From NCBI GenBank assembly GCA_016193045.1, contig JACPSW010000086.1, positions 11,135-75,134 on the forward strand: a DNA stretch of 64,000 bases, in the 5' to 3' direction. The notes under the pieces were generated by a model, which was not told where the DNA came from, searched no databases, and was given only the letters and a program-made list of their open reading frames with translations. This document shows, piece after piece, positions 19,774 to 28,609 of this stretch; position 1 is the first letter of the stretch, and each line of letters begins with the position of its first letter. The stretch comes from Candidatus Rokuibacteriota bacterium (GTDB lineage Bacteria; Methylomirabilota; Methylomirabilia; Rokubacteriales; CSP1-6). The position numbers were made by a program, and so were the translations under genes.

Positions 19774-21984
19774 ATGAAGAGCCAGATAACCGCAGGCACG
19801 GGGATCCAGGGTCGTGCTCGCTCGGGACCGAGCGGGCTGCCTGTGAAGGTCGCGCTGGAGGGGGAACGGCGGGCCGAGTTGCAGGGGGAGGTCGTGGCCT
19901 TCGACCGCTTCTGGATGAGAGTGAAGCTCGGGGCGAGCAAAGCTACCGCGCGCGAGGGGTCGAACGTCGTCCTCGAGCTCGCGAACCTCGACGGCAAGCC
20001 TGCGATCCAGGCGAACGGAATCGTATGGCGAGCGCCCGGCGATGGTCTCATCACGGTTTTGCTCAGCTTGAGCAGCCAGGAGTACGGTCGCCTCAAAGCC
20101 CTCGTGAGCGCTTCCGCGGATTCGAGATCGGCCCTGTCGCCGTGGATGCTCGGCCTGGTGAGCTCGCCTCCGCAGGCCGAGGCACCCACAAGCGTGAGGC
20201 GCCCGGCGCCTGAGCCGGAGAGCCCGGCGCGTGCCGCCGAGCCGAGGGCGAAGTCCCCCGGTCGAGGGCCGGGGTCGGAGAAGGAGATGCGTCGCCCGGT
20301 GGCGCCGAGGCGTGCCAGGCGTGTGAGCCCGGCCGAGGAGGCGGCGATCCTGATGGCCCGGGGGGACCATGAGGGAGCGGCGCGACTCTACTCGGAGGCG
20401 GTCCGGGAGTCCCCGGAGGATGTCTCGCTCTGGTATGCGCTCGGAGCCGCGCTCCATCGCCTCAGGCGGTGGAGAGAGGCGGCGGAGGCCTTCGAGTACG
20501 TGATCGGCCACGGCCGACCTGACTCCCGGGATGTGCGGCTCGCGCGGCTCTGGCTCGAGCGCGGGAGGATCGCCAGGGAGCCGGCCCCGGAGGGTCCAGC
20601 CCAAGCGCGGGCCGCCGGGGTCGAGCCGGGTCCCGAGCCGTCGGAGGCGGAGGGGCAGGACGCACCGGAGGAGCCGGACCCAGAGCCCTCGGAGCCGAGC
20701 CTCGTCCAGCAGGCGGCGATGCTGGAAGCTCGGGGCGAATACAGGGAGGCGGCCAAGCTTTACTACCAGGGGCTCCAGGCATCGCCGCAGGATGCGTCTC
20801 TCTGGTATGCCCTGGGAACGACCCTGCATCGCATGGACCGGTCCAAGGCGGCGGCGGGGGCCTTCGAGAAGGCGGTCGAGCATGGACAGCCCGATTCGCG
20901 GGAGGTCGAGCTCGCTCGGCTGTGGCTCGAGGGACGAGACGCCCCGGCGGAGAGCACGGCGCCCGACGTGGGCGCTGAACCGGAGCAGCAGGACCACGCG
21001 GGCGCGCCGAGCGCATCGGCGGAGCCCGACGCCGAGCCGTCCGTCGCGAGCGCGGTCCCGGAGCCCCCCGCTCCATCCAGCTCGGCGCGGCAGGCGGCGC
21101 TTCGAGCGGCCCAGGGGGACTACGAGGGCGCCGCGCAGCTCTACTACCGAGCCTTCGAGCAGGCCCTCGGGGCGGCGCCGGATGATGTGCTGCTCTGGTA
21201 CGCCCTCGGCGTGACCCTGCAACACCTCAGCCAGGGGAAGGCCGCCGCCCGGGCCTTCGAAAGGGTCGTACAGCACGGCCGGCCCGGCTCGCGGGAGGTG
21301 CGGCTCGCTCGGCTCTGGCTGGAGATCGGTGACGCTGCCGTCGGACCGGTCGGGGTGGCGACGCCCGCGGCAGAGGCGGCCGCGCTCCCTGCGGAAGGCG
21401 CGGGCGCGAGCACGCCCATCCACACGGAGATACCGGCCGCGCCGCCCGAGCTACCAGCGCCGCCTTCGGGGCGCGGCGCTACCGCACGGAGGCGGCCGTC
21501 GGCGACTCCCGTCGTGCCGCTTGATGATCCGTGGGAGCTCGGTCGCGCCTTTGATCGGGACATGCCGGTGCCGAAGGTGGTCGAGAGGGAGGAGCCGGCG
21601 GATTCCGACGCGGCCGACCTCGAGCCCTCGAGCCCTTCCTCCGACGGACCACGCACGAGACGGGACGTGCATCGGCCGTCGCGCTCAGGGCGCACCAAGC
21701 AACCGGGGCCGAATCCGGCCGAGGAGGCGGCGATCCTGGCGGGCCGGGGGGACTATGAGGAGGCGGCGCGACTCTACTCCGAGGCGCTCCAGGCAGCGCC
21801 GGGGGACGTCTCGCTCTGGTACGCGCTGGGAGTGACCCTGCGTCACCTCAGGCGGTTGGCGGAAGCGGGGGAAGCCTTCGAGTACGTGGTGCGCCATGGC
21901 CGACCCGGTTCCCAGGAGGCGCGGCTCGCGCGCCTCTGGCTGGAGCGCGGGGGCACCGGAGAGGAGCCGGGCGCGCGCCCTTAG
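19774..21984 (+). CDS. Repeat protein with an N-terminal PilZ-like beta-barrel region and four ~80-aa TPR-like repeats
   Basis: Four copies of EEAAIL..RGD.E.AA.LY.....P.DV.LWYALG..L..L......AFE.V..HGRP.S.....ARLWLE are present. Copies 1 and 4 are about 85% identical at the DNA level. The N-terminal region is PilZ-like by inference; RxxxR/DxSxGG is not evident. ATG 19774 is preferred over the supplied 19741. Confidence 0.6.
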   Translation: MKSQITAGTGIQGRARSGPSGLPVKVALEGERRAELQGEVVAFDRFWMRVKLGASKATAREGSNVVLELANLDGKPAIQANGIVWRAPGDGLITVLLSLSSQEYGRLKALVSASADSRSALSPWMLGLVSSPPQAEAPTSVRRPAPEPESPARAAEPRAKSPGRGPGSEKEMRRPVAPRRARRVSPAEEAAILMARGDHEGAARLYSEAVRESPEDVSLWYALGAALHRLRRWREAAEAFEYVIGHGRPDSRDVRLARLWLERGRIAREPAPEGPAQARAAGVEPGPEPSEAEGQDAPEEPDPEPSEPSLVQQAAMLEARGEYREAAKLYYQGLQASPQDASLWYALGTTLHRMDRSKAAAGAFEKAVEHGQPDSREVELARLWLEGRDAPAESTAPDVGAEPEQQDHAGAPSASAEPDAEPSVASAVPEPPAPSSSARQAALRAAQGDYEGAAQLYYRAFEQALGAAPDDVLLWYALGVTLQHLSQGKAAARAFERVVQHGRPGSREVRLARLWLEIGDAAVGPVGVATPAAEAAALPAEGAGASTPIHTEIPAAPPELPAPPSGRGATARRRPSATPVVPLDDPWELGRAFDRDMPVPKVVEREEPADSDAADLEPSSPSSDGPRTRRDVHRPSRSGRTKQPGPNPAEEAAILAGRGDYEEAARLYSEALQAAPGDVSLWYALGVTLRHLRRLAEAGEAFEYVVRHGRPGSQEARLARLWLERGGTGEEPGARP

Positions 21985-22195
21985 CGCGCATTATTCGCGA
22001 ACGGCGATGGCGCGACCGGGCGGGTGGCGCAGGGTGCAACCCCCACGGGGCCGCGCGCAGTGGGCCCCCCTCGTCCCGTCCGCCGCGCGCAGCGGGGCGT
22101 TCGGGCGAGTGGGTGACGGAGCCGGACCCGTGGGGGTTGCACCCTGCGACAGGCCCCGCCCGCTACACTCGACCATGCTTCGTGAATAATGCAGG
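21985..22195. mobile_element. MITE copy 1 (~211 bp) filling the gap between convergent stop codons
   Basis: It starts CGCGCATTATTCGCGAACGG and ends CTTCGTGAATAATGCAGG, giving terminal inverted repeats. The interior is a long palindrome (CGCAGGGTGCAACCCCCACGGG ... CCCGTGGGGGTTGCACCCTGCG). It is about 90% identical to 30866-31080. Confidence 0.6.
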
Positions 22196-23833
22196 TTAGC
22201 CCCCCGCGCCGTCCCCCGACGGTGCCAGGGACGGCACGAGGGGGTCGAGCTTCGGCGGGAGGCACGTGATGTTCCGCTTCCCCGGAATCGGGAGCTCGAG
22301 CGGTGAGAGCCCGAGAGTCTCGAGGGCCCGGTTTCCCGCCTGGAAGGTCCACCGCGGGTCCTTCTGGACGCGCCGAATCAGAAGCTCTTCACGCAGGCGC
22401 CCCTCGGAATCGTAGAGGCCGTCTTCGAGCTCCTCCAGAAAGGAGATATACTCCCGGGGCCCCGGCTCGATATCCCGCCACAGATACCGGTGCAGGAGTT
22501 TCCATTTCGCATCGGTGAACTTGCCGCGCTTCAGCGCCCCGAGGACCTGCCCCGGAGCATAGATCCTCCGGTAGGCGTCGATGAGCGCCCGCTGGAATCT
22601 CGATGGAGGCATGCGGAGGGGAAAGTGCGTCGCGTAGTGCCCGTCGCAGTACGCCCATCCGCGGAAGATGCTCCGGTACCAGGGGACGATGGTTCGATAC
22701 CCGTTGATATGCTCGGGGAAGTGTCCCCAGATCGGAAAGAAATACGCGGTCGCGAGGTTCTGCTCCAGAACAAAATCGACGGTGCGGTGAATGGTTTCCA
22801 GCGAGTCGGTATCGGCCCCGACCACGAAGGACCCCAGGATGCCGAAGCCAAAGGCGTGCAATTTCTGGATCGCGGCGACGATTTGCTCGAGGGTCTGACG
22901 CTTGTTGTAGGCCGTGAGGGTTTCGGGCTGGACCGACTCGTAGCCCTGGTAGATGTAATTGATCCCGGCCCGGCGCATCAGGGCCAGGAGCTCGTCGTCC
23001 CTGGCGACCTCCACCCGGGCGAAGACGACGATGTCGAAGCCGAAGTCCTCCTCGATCATCCGGTGCAGGAGCTTCTTTGTGTAGGGCCGCAGGGAGACGA
23101 ACTCGTTGTCCACGAACAGGAGCGACCGGCCGTACCGCCGCTTATCGCGCAGGTCGCGGATCACGGCCTCGATGTCCCGTTTACGGTAGCCGCTGGCGAA
23201 CATGGTGTTGACGATGCAGAATGTGCACTTGAAGAGGCATCCGCGGGAGGACTGCACCGTCAGCAGCGGCACCTTCCGCCGCAGAAAAAGATCGAGCGGG
23301 CCCATCCGACGGTACCCTTCGATGAGGGAAAAATTCGGGATGGTATCGAACCTGGTCGGCCCGGGTCGGGGAGCCGTCCGGTGAACGCGATCACCGACCC
23401 GATAGGCGATGCCGGCCACCCGCCCCACGTCGCCTCCGGAAGCGATCGCGGCCACGAGCTCCAGGATGGTCTCGTCGCCTTCGCCGAAGACCACGTAATC
23501 GCAGTGCGCGAGGCAGGACTCGGGAAAGTAGGTCGCATGCGTCCCGCCGATGATGGTCGGAATGCCGAGCTTTGATCGAACCTCCCCGGCGAGGCGATAG
23601 ATCTTGTCGGCCCCGGCGTTCAAGGACGAAAAACACACGAGGTCGGAGGCGGCGATCCGGTGCCACTCGGGGGGCTTGATGTGCTCCATATACACCGTCA
23701 CGTCGTACCCGGCTTCGGAGAGGATGGTCCCGATGAGCGGCATGCCGTAGTCCGGCATGACCATCCGATGGCAGAAGTCGGGGAACTCGCCGCCGAGTTG
23801 GATGCAGGTGATTTTCTCGATAGGCATGGTCAT
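22196..23833 (-). CDS. Cobalamin (B12)-binding-domain radical SAM protein
   Basis: An N-terminal B12-binding fold is followed by the Cx3Cx2C motif SRGCLFKCTFC. The protein is about 545 aa. Its start overlaps the stop of the upstream cyclase gene (ATGA). Confidence 0.8.
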   Translation of the reverse strand: MTMPIEKITCIQLGGEFPDFCHRMVMPDYGMPLIGTILSEAGYDVTVYMEHIKPPEWHRIAASDLVCFSSLNAGADKIYRLAGEVRSKLGIPTIIGGTHATYFPESCLAHCDYVVFGEGDETILELVAAIASGGDVGRVAGIAYRVGDRVHRTAPRPGPTRFDTIPNFSLIEGYRRMGPLDLFLRRKVPLLTVQSSRGCLFKCTFCIVNTMFASGYRKRDIEAVIRDLRDKRRYGRSLLFVDNEFVSLRPYTKKLLHRMIEEDFGFDIVVFARVEVARDDELLALMRRAGINYIYQGYESVQPETLTAYNKRQTLEQIVAAIQKLHAFGFGILGSFVVGADTDSLETIHRTVDFVLEQNLATAYFFPIWGHFPEHINGYRTIVPWYRSIFRGWAYCDGHYATHFPLRMPPSRFQRALIDAYRRIYAPGQVLGALKRGKFTDAKWKLLHRYLWRDIEPGPREYISFLEELEDGLYDSEGRLREELLIRRVQKDPRWTFQAGNRALETLGLSPLELPIPGKRNITCLPPKLDPLVPSLAPSGDGAGG

Positions 23834-26800
23834 CCCCTGCGGCCTGCCGGCTCAGCGAGCAGCAGGCGGGCCTCCTCGAGGTCTGGGGCGTCGAAGCCCT
23901 CGGTGAACCAGCCGTAGACGGCCGCCAGCATCCGGCGGGCCTCTTCCTTCCTTCCCTGGCTGTGCCACAGCCGAGCCAGACTCATCGCCGCCCGGAGCTC
24001 CAGGGACTTCGCGCCCTGGCCCCGGGCGATGTCGAGGGCTTGATAAAAGTAGCGCTCGGCTTCGGCCACGTCACTCCGAGAGACCATCAGCAGCCACTCG
24101 CCCTTGAGTCGGTGCAGCTCGGCCTCACACCAGCGCTCGTCGGTCTTGTCCACCACGGCCAGGGCCTCGGCCAGCGCCGCAAGCTCCTCTTCGGCGTGGC
24201 CGGCTTTTCCGTGGGCCTCGGCCAGCATGGCAAGAAAATTCGGCCGCGCAAGGTCGGCCCCCGTCGCGCTGTAGGCGGCAATCCCCTGCCGCTGCAGTCT
24301 GATCCCCTCCTCTGTGTGCCCCTGTTCGGCCAGCGCCCAGCCCCCCAGGATCGCTCCCCAGGCCAGCCAGTACGGGATCCCGTGCTCGCTGGCGAGCGCA
24401 TTCGCCGCCTGGGCCCGCTCCTGGGCTTCCTGCACGTGACGGGATAGCTGACAGAGGGAGGCACCGAGGGTCAGAGCGTAGCTCAGGCTGAAGGGGTGGG
24501 AAAGATGGTGAGCCAGGGCAAGCGCCTCCCGACTCGTCTCACGGGCCTGGTCCGGGTAGCCGAGCATCCACAGGGTGACGGCCTTGTAGGAGAGGCAGGC
24601 CACACCGGGATCCTGCAGCGCCCGGTGGGAGCGGCGCTTCTGCGGATCGTAGAGGGCGATGCCCTGTTCGAAGTGCTCGCGGGCCGAGGCCAGCTCTCCA
24701 AGATGGAACAGGGTCATCCCCAGCGCGTAATGGGCCCACAGGATGAGCGCGGGGCTGTGCGCGCGCTCGGCCAGGGCGAGACACTCCCTCCCCAGGTCGT
24801 GCGCGGTGCGCAACTCCGCCCGCACGATGTAATACCCCCACAGTCCCCGGAGGACCGTGTAGAGCTGAGGCGTCTCGCCGAGCTGCCGACACAGCTCCCG
24901 GGCCCGGGCGTAGGTTTTCTCCACTTCCGGGGCCGCGTAGCTCTTCGCAGCCATCAAGGCGGGGCCGAGGGTGGTCTGCAGGGCCAGCTCCTGCTGGGCG
25001 CGCTCGGGGGTGTCCGGAAACGTCTTCAGCAGCTCCAGGCCCCGGGTGAGGTGCGCGACGGCTTCGACATTCGCCGAGCGCTCGCTCGCCAGCTGACCGG
25101 CTTTCTGCCAGTAGGCGATCGCCTGTTTGCTGAGGCCCGCCTCGGTGAGGTGATGGGCCAGGAGTTCGGGCTGGGTCTCGGAGATCTCGGGGAACCGCTC
25201 GGTCAGCAGATGCGCGATCCGCTGGTGATACTCCTGCCGCGTGCTCTTCAGCAGCGACTGATAGGCGACGTCCTGGACGAGGGCGTGCTTGAAGATGTAC
25301 GTCGCGTGCGGAGGGACACCGCGCTGATAGAGCAGTTCGGCCTCGATCAGTTGCCGCAGTCCCTGCTGGAGCGTCGTCTCGTCAAGCGGGGCGACGGCGT
25401 GGAGCAGCTCGTACGAGAATTGCCGGCCGATCGTGGCGCCCAGCTGCGCCACGGCTTTGACGGTCGCCACGCGATCCAGCCGGGCCATCAGCGAGTCCTG
25501 AAGCGTGGCGGGAATCGCCAGCGGAGGCAGGGGGGCCGTGAGCTCGTAGCGATCCTCCCGCTCCTTGAGGAGGCCCGATTCCAGGACCATCTTGGTCAAT
25601 TCCTCGACGAAGAGCGGGACGCCGTCGGTCTTGGTCACGACCTCGTGGAGGACCTCCGCCGGCAGGGCCTTGCCACCCGCCACCCGCTCGACGAGCTGCT
25701 TCACCTGGTGGCGGGGAAGGCGGCTCAGCGTAATCAGCGTGAGGTGCGCGCGGGCGATCCAGGGCACCTGAAATGCCGGACGGCAGGTGAAGAGGACGAA
25801 GAGGCGCGCGGTCGGGGCCTGGTCCACCAGGAGGCCGAGCAAGGCGAGCGTCGAGGGATCCACCCAGTGGAGGTCTTCCGCGACGAATACCACCGGCTGC
25901 TGCATCGCGAGCTCCACGAGCAGCGTGAGGACGGCTTCGAGCGTCTTCTGCCTCTGCCGCTCGGCCGTCAGGGTCAATGGCGGGTACCGGTCGTCCGGGA
26001 GTGGGAGGGACAGGAGGGAGGCCAGGAGCGGGATGGCTTCCGTCGGGTTGAGGCGATATCCGGACAGGGCGGTCTCCAGCTTGCGCACTTTGTCCGCGGA
26101 CCCATCGCTGCCTTCGAACCGGAACGCCCGTTGAAGCAGATCGATCACCGGGTACAAGGCGCTATTCTGGTGATACAGCGAGCAGCGGCATTCCAGCAGG
26201 GTGTGCGGCTCGGTCGCGATGCGAGCTTGCAGGGTCTGCACCAGGTGTGATTTCCCGATCCCCGCCTCCCCGCTCAGCAGGACCACCTGTCCCAGCCCCT
26301 CCTTGACCTGCTCCCAGCGCCTGAGGAGCAGGCCCATTTCCTCCTCGCGGCCCACCAGAGGAGTCCGTTCGGTGATCGCGGCCTCCAGGGGGCTCTGGAT
26401 GGCACTCTCGCCGAGAACCTGGTAGAGCGTGAGTGGCGTGGAGACACCTCTGAGCTGGTGGGCGCCCAGTTCGCGGAACGTGAACAGTCCCTGGGCCAGC
26501 CGGCGGGTCGCGGCGCTGACGACGACCGTGCCGGGTTCGGCCAGCCCCTGGAGTCGGGCCGCGAGGTTCGGCGTCTCGCCCAGGGCGAGCCGCTCGTGCC
26601 GGGCGCCCGCTCCGATCTCCCCCACGACGACCAGGCCGGTGTGAATTCCCACGCGCGCGTCGAGCCGGACGCCTCGCTCTTCCCGAAGGCGCGCATTCAG
26701 CCTCCCCATGGCATCCACGATCCCCAGGCCCGTGCGGACCGCCCGCGGAGCGTCGTCTTCGTGGGCGCGGGGGTAGCCGAAGTACACCAGGAGACCGTCC

Positions 26801-27162
26801 CCGAGGTATTGCGCGATGTGCCCCTCGTAGTGGCCGATCACCTTGGCACAGGTCTCCTGGTAGCTGCGCACGACGTCGCGCAGTTCTTCAGGGTCGAGGC
26901 GTTCGGAGAGCGCCGTCGATCCCGCGAGATCGCAGAACATGACGGTGAGCTGCCGCCGCTCTGCTTCGGGGGCTCCGGCCTCGGCCGGTGGTGGGGGAGC
27001 GGTCGCGAGCGGTTGACCGCAGCGTTTGCAGAAGTTGTGGTCGGGAGCGTTCTCGGTCCCGCATCGAGCGCACACGACGATGAGTCTTGTCCCGCACTTG
27101 GGACAAAACGCCGCATCAGAAGGCGTCTCGCCGTGACACTGGGGGCACTTCATGCGCGCCAA
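23830..27162 (-). CDS. Multidomain signalling protein: double zinc-ribbon + class III adenylate/guanylate cyclase + STAND/AAA ATPase + TPR
   Basis: The N-terminal zinc ribbons are CPQCHG...CPKCG and CARCG...CKRCG. The cyclase CHD is VMFCDLAGSTAL...GDGLLVYFG...IHTGLVVVGEIG. The P-loop is GEAGIGKS, followed by long TPR-like helical repeats. The protein is 1110 aa. Confidence 0.8.
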   Translation of the reverse strand: MARMKCPQCHGETPSDAAFCPKCGTRLIVVCARCGTENAPDHNFCKRCGQPLATAPPPPAEAGAPEAERRQLTVMFCDLAGSTALSERLDPEELRDVVRSYQETCAKVIGHYEGHIAQYLGDGLLVYFGYPRAHEDDAPRAVRTGLGIVDAMGRLNARLREERGVRLDARVGIHTGLVVVGEIGAGARHERLALGETPNLAARLQGLAEPGTVVVSAATRRLAQGLFTFRELGAHQLRGVSTPLTLYQVLGESAIQSPLEAAITERTPLVGREEEMGLLLRRWEQVKEGLGQVVLLSGEAGIGKSHLVQTLQARIATEPHTLLECRCSLYHQNSALYPVIDLLQRAFRFEGSDGSADKVRKLETALSGYRLNPTEAIPLLASLLSLPLPDDRYPPLTLTAERQRQKTLEAVLTLLVELAMQQPVVFVAEDLHWVDPSTLALLGLLVDQAPTARLFVLFTCRPAFQVPWIARAHLTLITLSRLPRHQVKQLVERVAGGKALPAEVLHEVVTKTDGVPLFVEELTKMVLESGLLKEREDRYELTAPLPPLAIPATLQDSLMARLDRVATVKAVAQLGATIGRQFSYELLHAVAPLDETTLQQGLRQLIEAELLYQRGVPPHATYIFKHALVQDVAYQSLLKSTRQEYHQRIAHLLTERFPEISETQPELLAHHLTEAGLSKQAIAYWQKAGQLASERSANVEAVAHLTRGLELLKTFPDTPERAQQELALQTTLGPALMAAKSYAAPEVEKTYARARELCRQLGETPQLYTVLRGLWGYYIVRAELRTAHDLGRECLALAERAHSPALILWAHYALGMTLFHLGELASAREHFEQGIALYDPQKRRSHRALQDPGVACLSYKAVTLWMLGYPDQARETSREALALAHHLSHPFSLSYALTLGASLCQLSRHVQEAQERAQAANALASEHGIPYWLAWGAILGGWALAEQGHTEEGIRLQRQGIAAYSATGADLARPNFLAMLAEAHGKAGHAEEELAALAEALAVVDKTDERWCEAELHRLKGEWLLMVSRSDVAEAERYFYQALDIARGQGAKSLELRAAMSLARLWHSQGRKEEARRMLAAVYGWFTEGFDAPDLEEARLLLAEPAGRRG

Positions 27163-27232
27163 GCTTAGCGCGCGGCTCCGGATGGATCAACCCCCGAAGT
27201 GCTATCATCGGGGGGTGAGAGGAGGAGGAACG

Positions 27233-27679
27233 ATGGGGGAGACGGAGCTCAACCCGGCCCAGCAGCTGATGGCGCAGGGGTACCACTGATCGGAGGCGGT
27301 CCTGCTGGCCGTGTGCCGGCAGCTCGACATTCAGCAGGAGGTTGTCCCGGGCATCGCCACGGCGTTCGGGGGCGGCATCGGCGGGACCGGGTCGGTGTGC
27401 GGCGCCCTGGTGGGGGCGGTCATGGCGATCGGCCTCCGGCACGGCCGCCAACTCTCATCCGAACGGGACGCCCGGGCCTACGCGCTGACGCAGCAGATGC
27501 GCCGCCGCTTCGAAGGCCAGATGGGCCACGTGGACTGCCGGGAGCTGACCGGGATGGACCTGAGCACGGCGGAGGGCGTCAAGCGGTTCTACGCCTCGGA
27601 TGTGCCCCGGCGGGTCTGCCTGCCGGCGGTCGGCGTGGCGTACCGGGCCGTGATGGAGCTGCTGGGCGAGAAGCGCTAG
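27233..27679 (+). CDS. Candidate selenoprotein of the C_GCAxxG_C_C family (in-frame TGA at 27287-27289)
   Basis: A strong RBS GGAGGAGGA is followed by ATG 27233. The product MGETELNPAQQLMAQGYH-[TGA]-SEAVLLAVCRQL...GSVCGALVGAVMAIGLRHG continues the supplied ORF 27311..27679 in the same frame. The TGA aligns with the first conserved Cys of the family (..GFNCAQAVL.. in typical members), and the later GxCGAxxGA motif is present. Confidence 0.5.
27304..27323 (+). promoter_or_regulatory. SECIS-like bulged hairpin downstream of UGA 27287
   Basis: GCUG(G)CCG-UGUGC-CGGCAGC forms a 7-bp stem with a single bulged G. The apical loop contains GU about 24 nt after the UGA, the same spacing as in the 13632 candidate. 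Confidence 0.35.
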
Positions 27680-27685
27680 CCGGGC

Positions 27686-28528
27686 ATGCCCAAGGCCCCG
27701 ATCAACGGCGTCACCCTGTTTTACGAGGCGATCGGCGAGGGGCCGCCGCTCGTCTTCGTCCACGAGTTCGCCGGCGAGTCCCTGAGCTGGCGCCCCCAGG
27801 TCAACTTCTTCAGCCGGCGCTACCGTACCATCACGTTCAACGCGCGCGGCTACCCGCCGTCGGACGTTCCCGACGATCCCGCGGCCTACTCCCAGCAGCG
27901 GGCCGTGGACGACATCCGGGGTCTCCTGGATCACCTGAAGATCCCGAAGGCCCACGTCTGCGGGCTCTCCATGGGCGGGTACGCGACGCTCCATTTCGGG
28001 CTCAGCTACCCGGAGCGCGCGCTGTCGCTCACGGTGGCGGGCTGCGGCTACGGGAGCGGCGCCCACCGGGAGCAGTTCAAGAAGGACTCGTCGGACCTGG
28101 CGCGGCGCCTGGAGACGGAGGGGATGGAGAAGGTGGCGGAGACCTACACCCGAGGGCCGGCGCGCCTTCAGTTCCTGCGGAAGGATCCCATAGGGTGGCG
28201 GGAATTCCGCGACCGGTTCGCGGCCCAGTCGGCCAAGGGGCACGCCCTGACGATGCGGGGGGTGCAGATCCTCCGCCCGTCGGTCTTCGACCTCGCGGAG
28301 CCGCTCGCGCGGCTCACTGTGCCGACGCTGATCGTCACAGGTGACGAGGACGACCCGTGCCTGGAGCCGGGGATCTTCATGAAGCGAAAGATCCGCTCGG
28401 CCGCGCTCCTCGTCATCCCGAACTCCGGCCACACGATCAACCTCGAGGAGCCGGACCTCTTCAACCGCGCGCTGCTCGACTTCCTGACCGCCGTGGACTC
28501 GGGCTCCTGGCCTACCCGGAGCGCTTAG
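27686..28528 (+). CDS. Alpha/beta-fold hydrolase
   Basis: GLSMGG is the nucleophile elbow. An HGxP-like site and a C-terminal catalytic H (NSGHTINLE) are present. Confidence 0.8.
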   Translation: MPKAPINGVTLFYEAIGEGPPLVFVHEFAGESLSWRPQVNFFSRRYRTITFNARGYPPSDVPDDPAAYSQQRAVDDIRGLLDHLKIPKAHVCGLSMGGYATLHFGLSYPERALSLTVAGCGYGSGAHREQFKKDSSDLARRLETEGMEKVAETYTRGPARLQFLRKDPIGWREFRDRFAAQSAKGHALTMRGVQILRPSVFDLAEPLARLTVPTLIVTGDEDDPCLEPGIFMKRKIRSAALLVIPNSGHTINLEEPDLFNRALLDFLTAVDSGSWPTRSA

Positions 28529-28530
28529 GT

Positions 28531-28608
28531 GGGGTCAGGCATGCGTTATTGCGTTTTCGGAGGCGTCGCAGCGCCACTTAACGCAAATACGCATGCCTGA
28601 CCCCAGGC
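28531..28608. repeat. 78-nt near-perfect palindrome between convergent genes (possible bidirectional terminator or small repeat element)
   Basis: GGGGTCAGGCATGCGTTATTGCGTTTTCGGAGGCGTCGCAGCGCCACTTAACGCAAATACGCATGCCTGACCCC has 16-bp perfect outer arms and nested TTGCGTT/AACGCAA. No U-tract is present. Confidence 0.4.
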
Positions 28609-28609
28609 A

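Noticed and set aside
21896-22189. 97-aa ORF and a similar 68-aa ORF at 30783..30989 encoding near-identical peptides.
   Set aside because: Both lie inside the two MITE copies. The similarity reflects the repeat, not a conserved gene.
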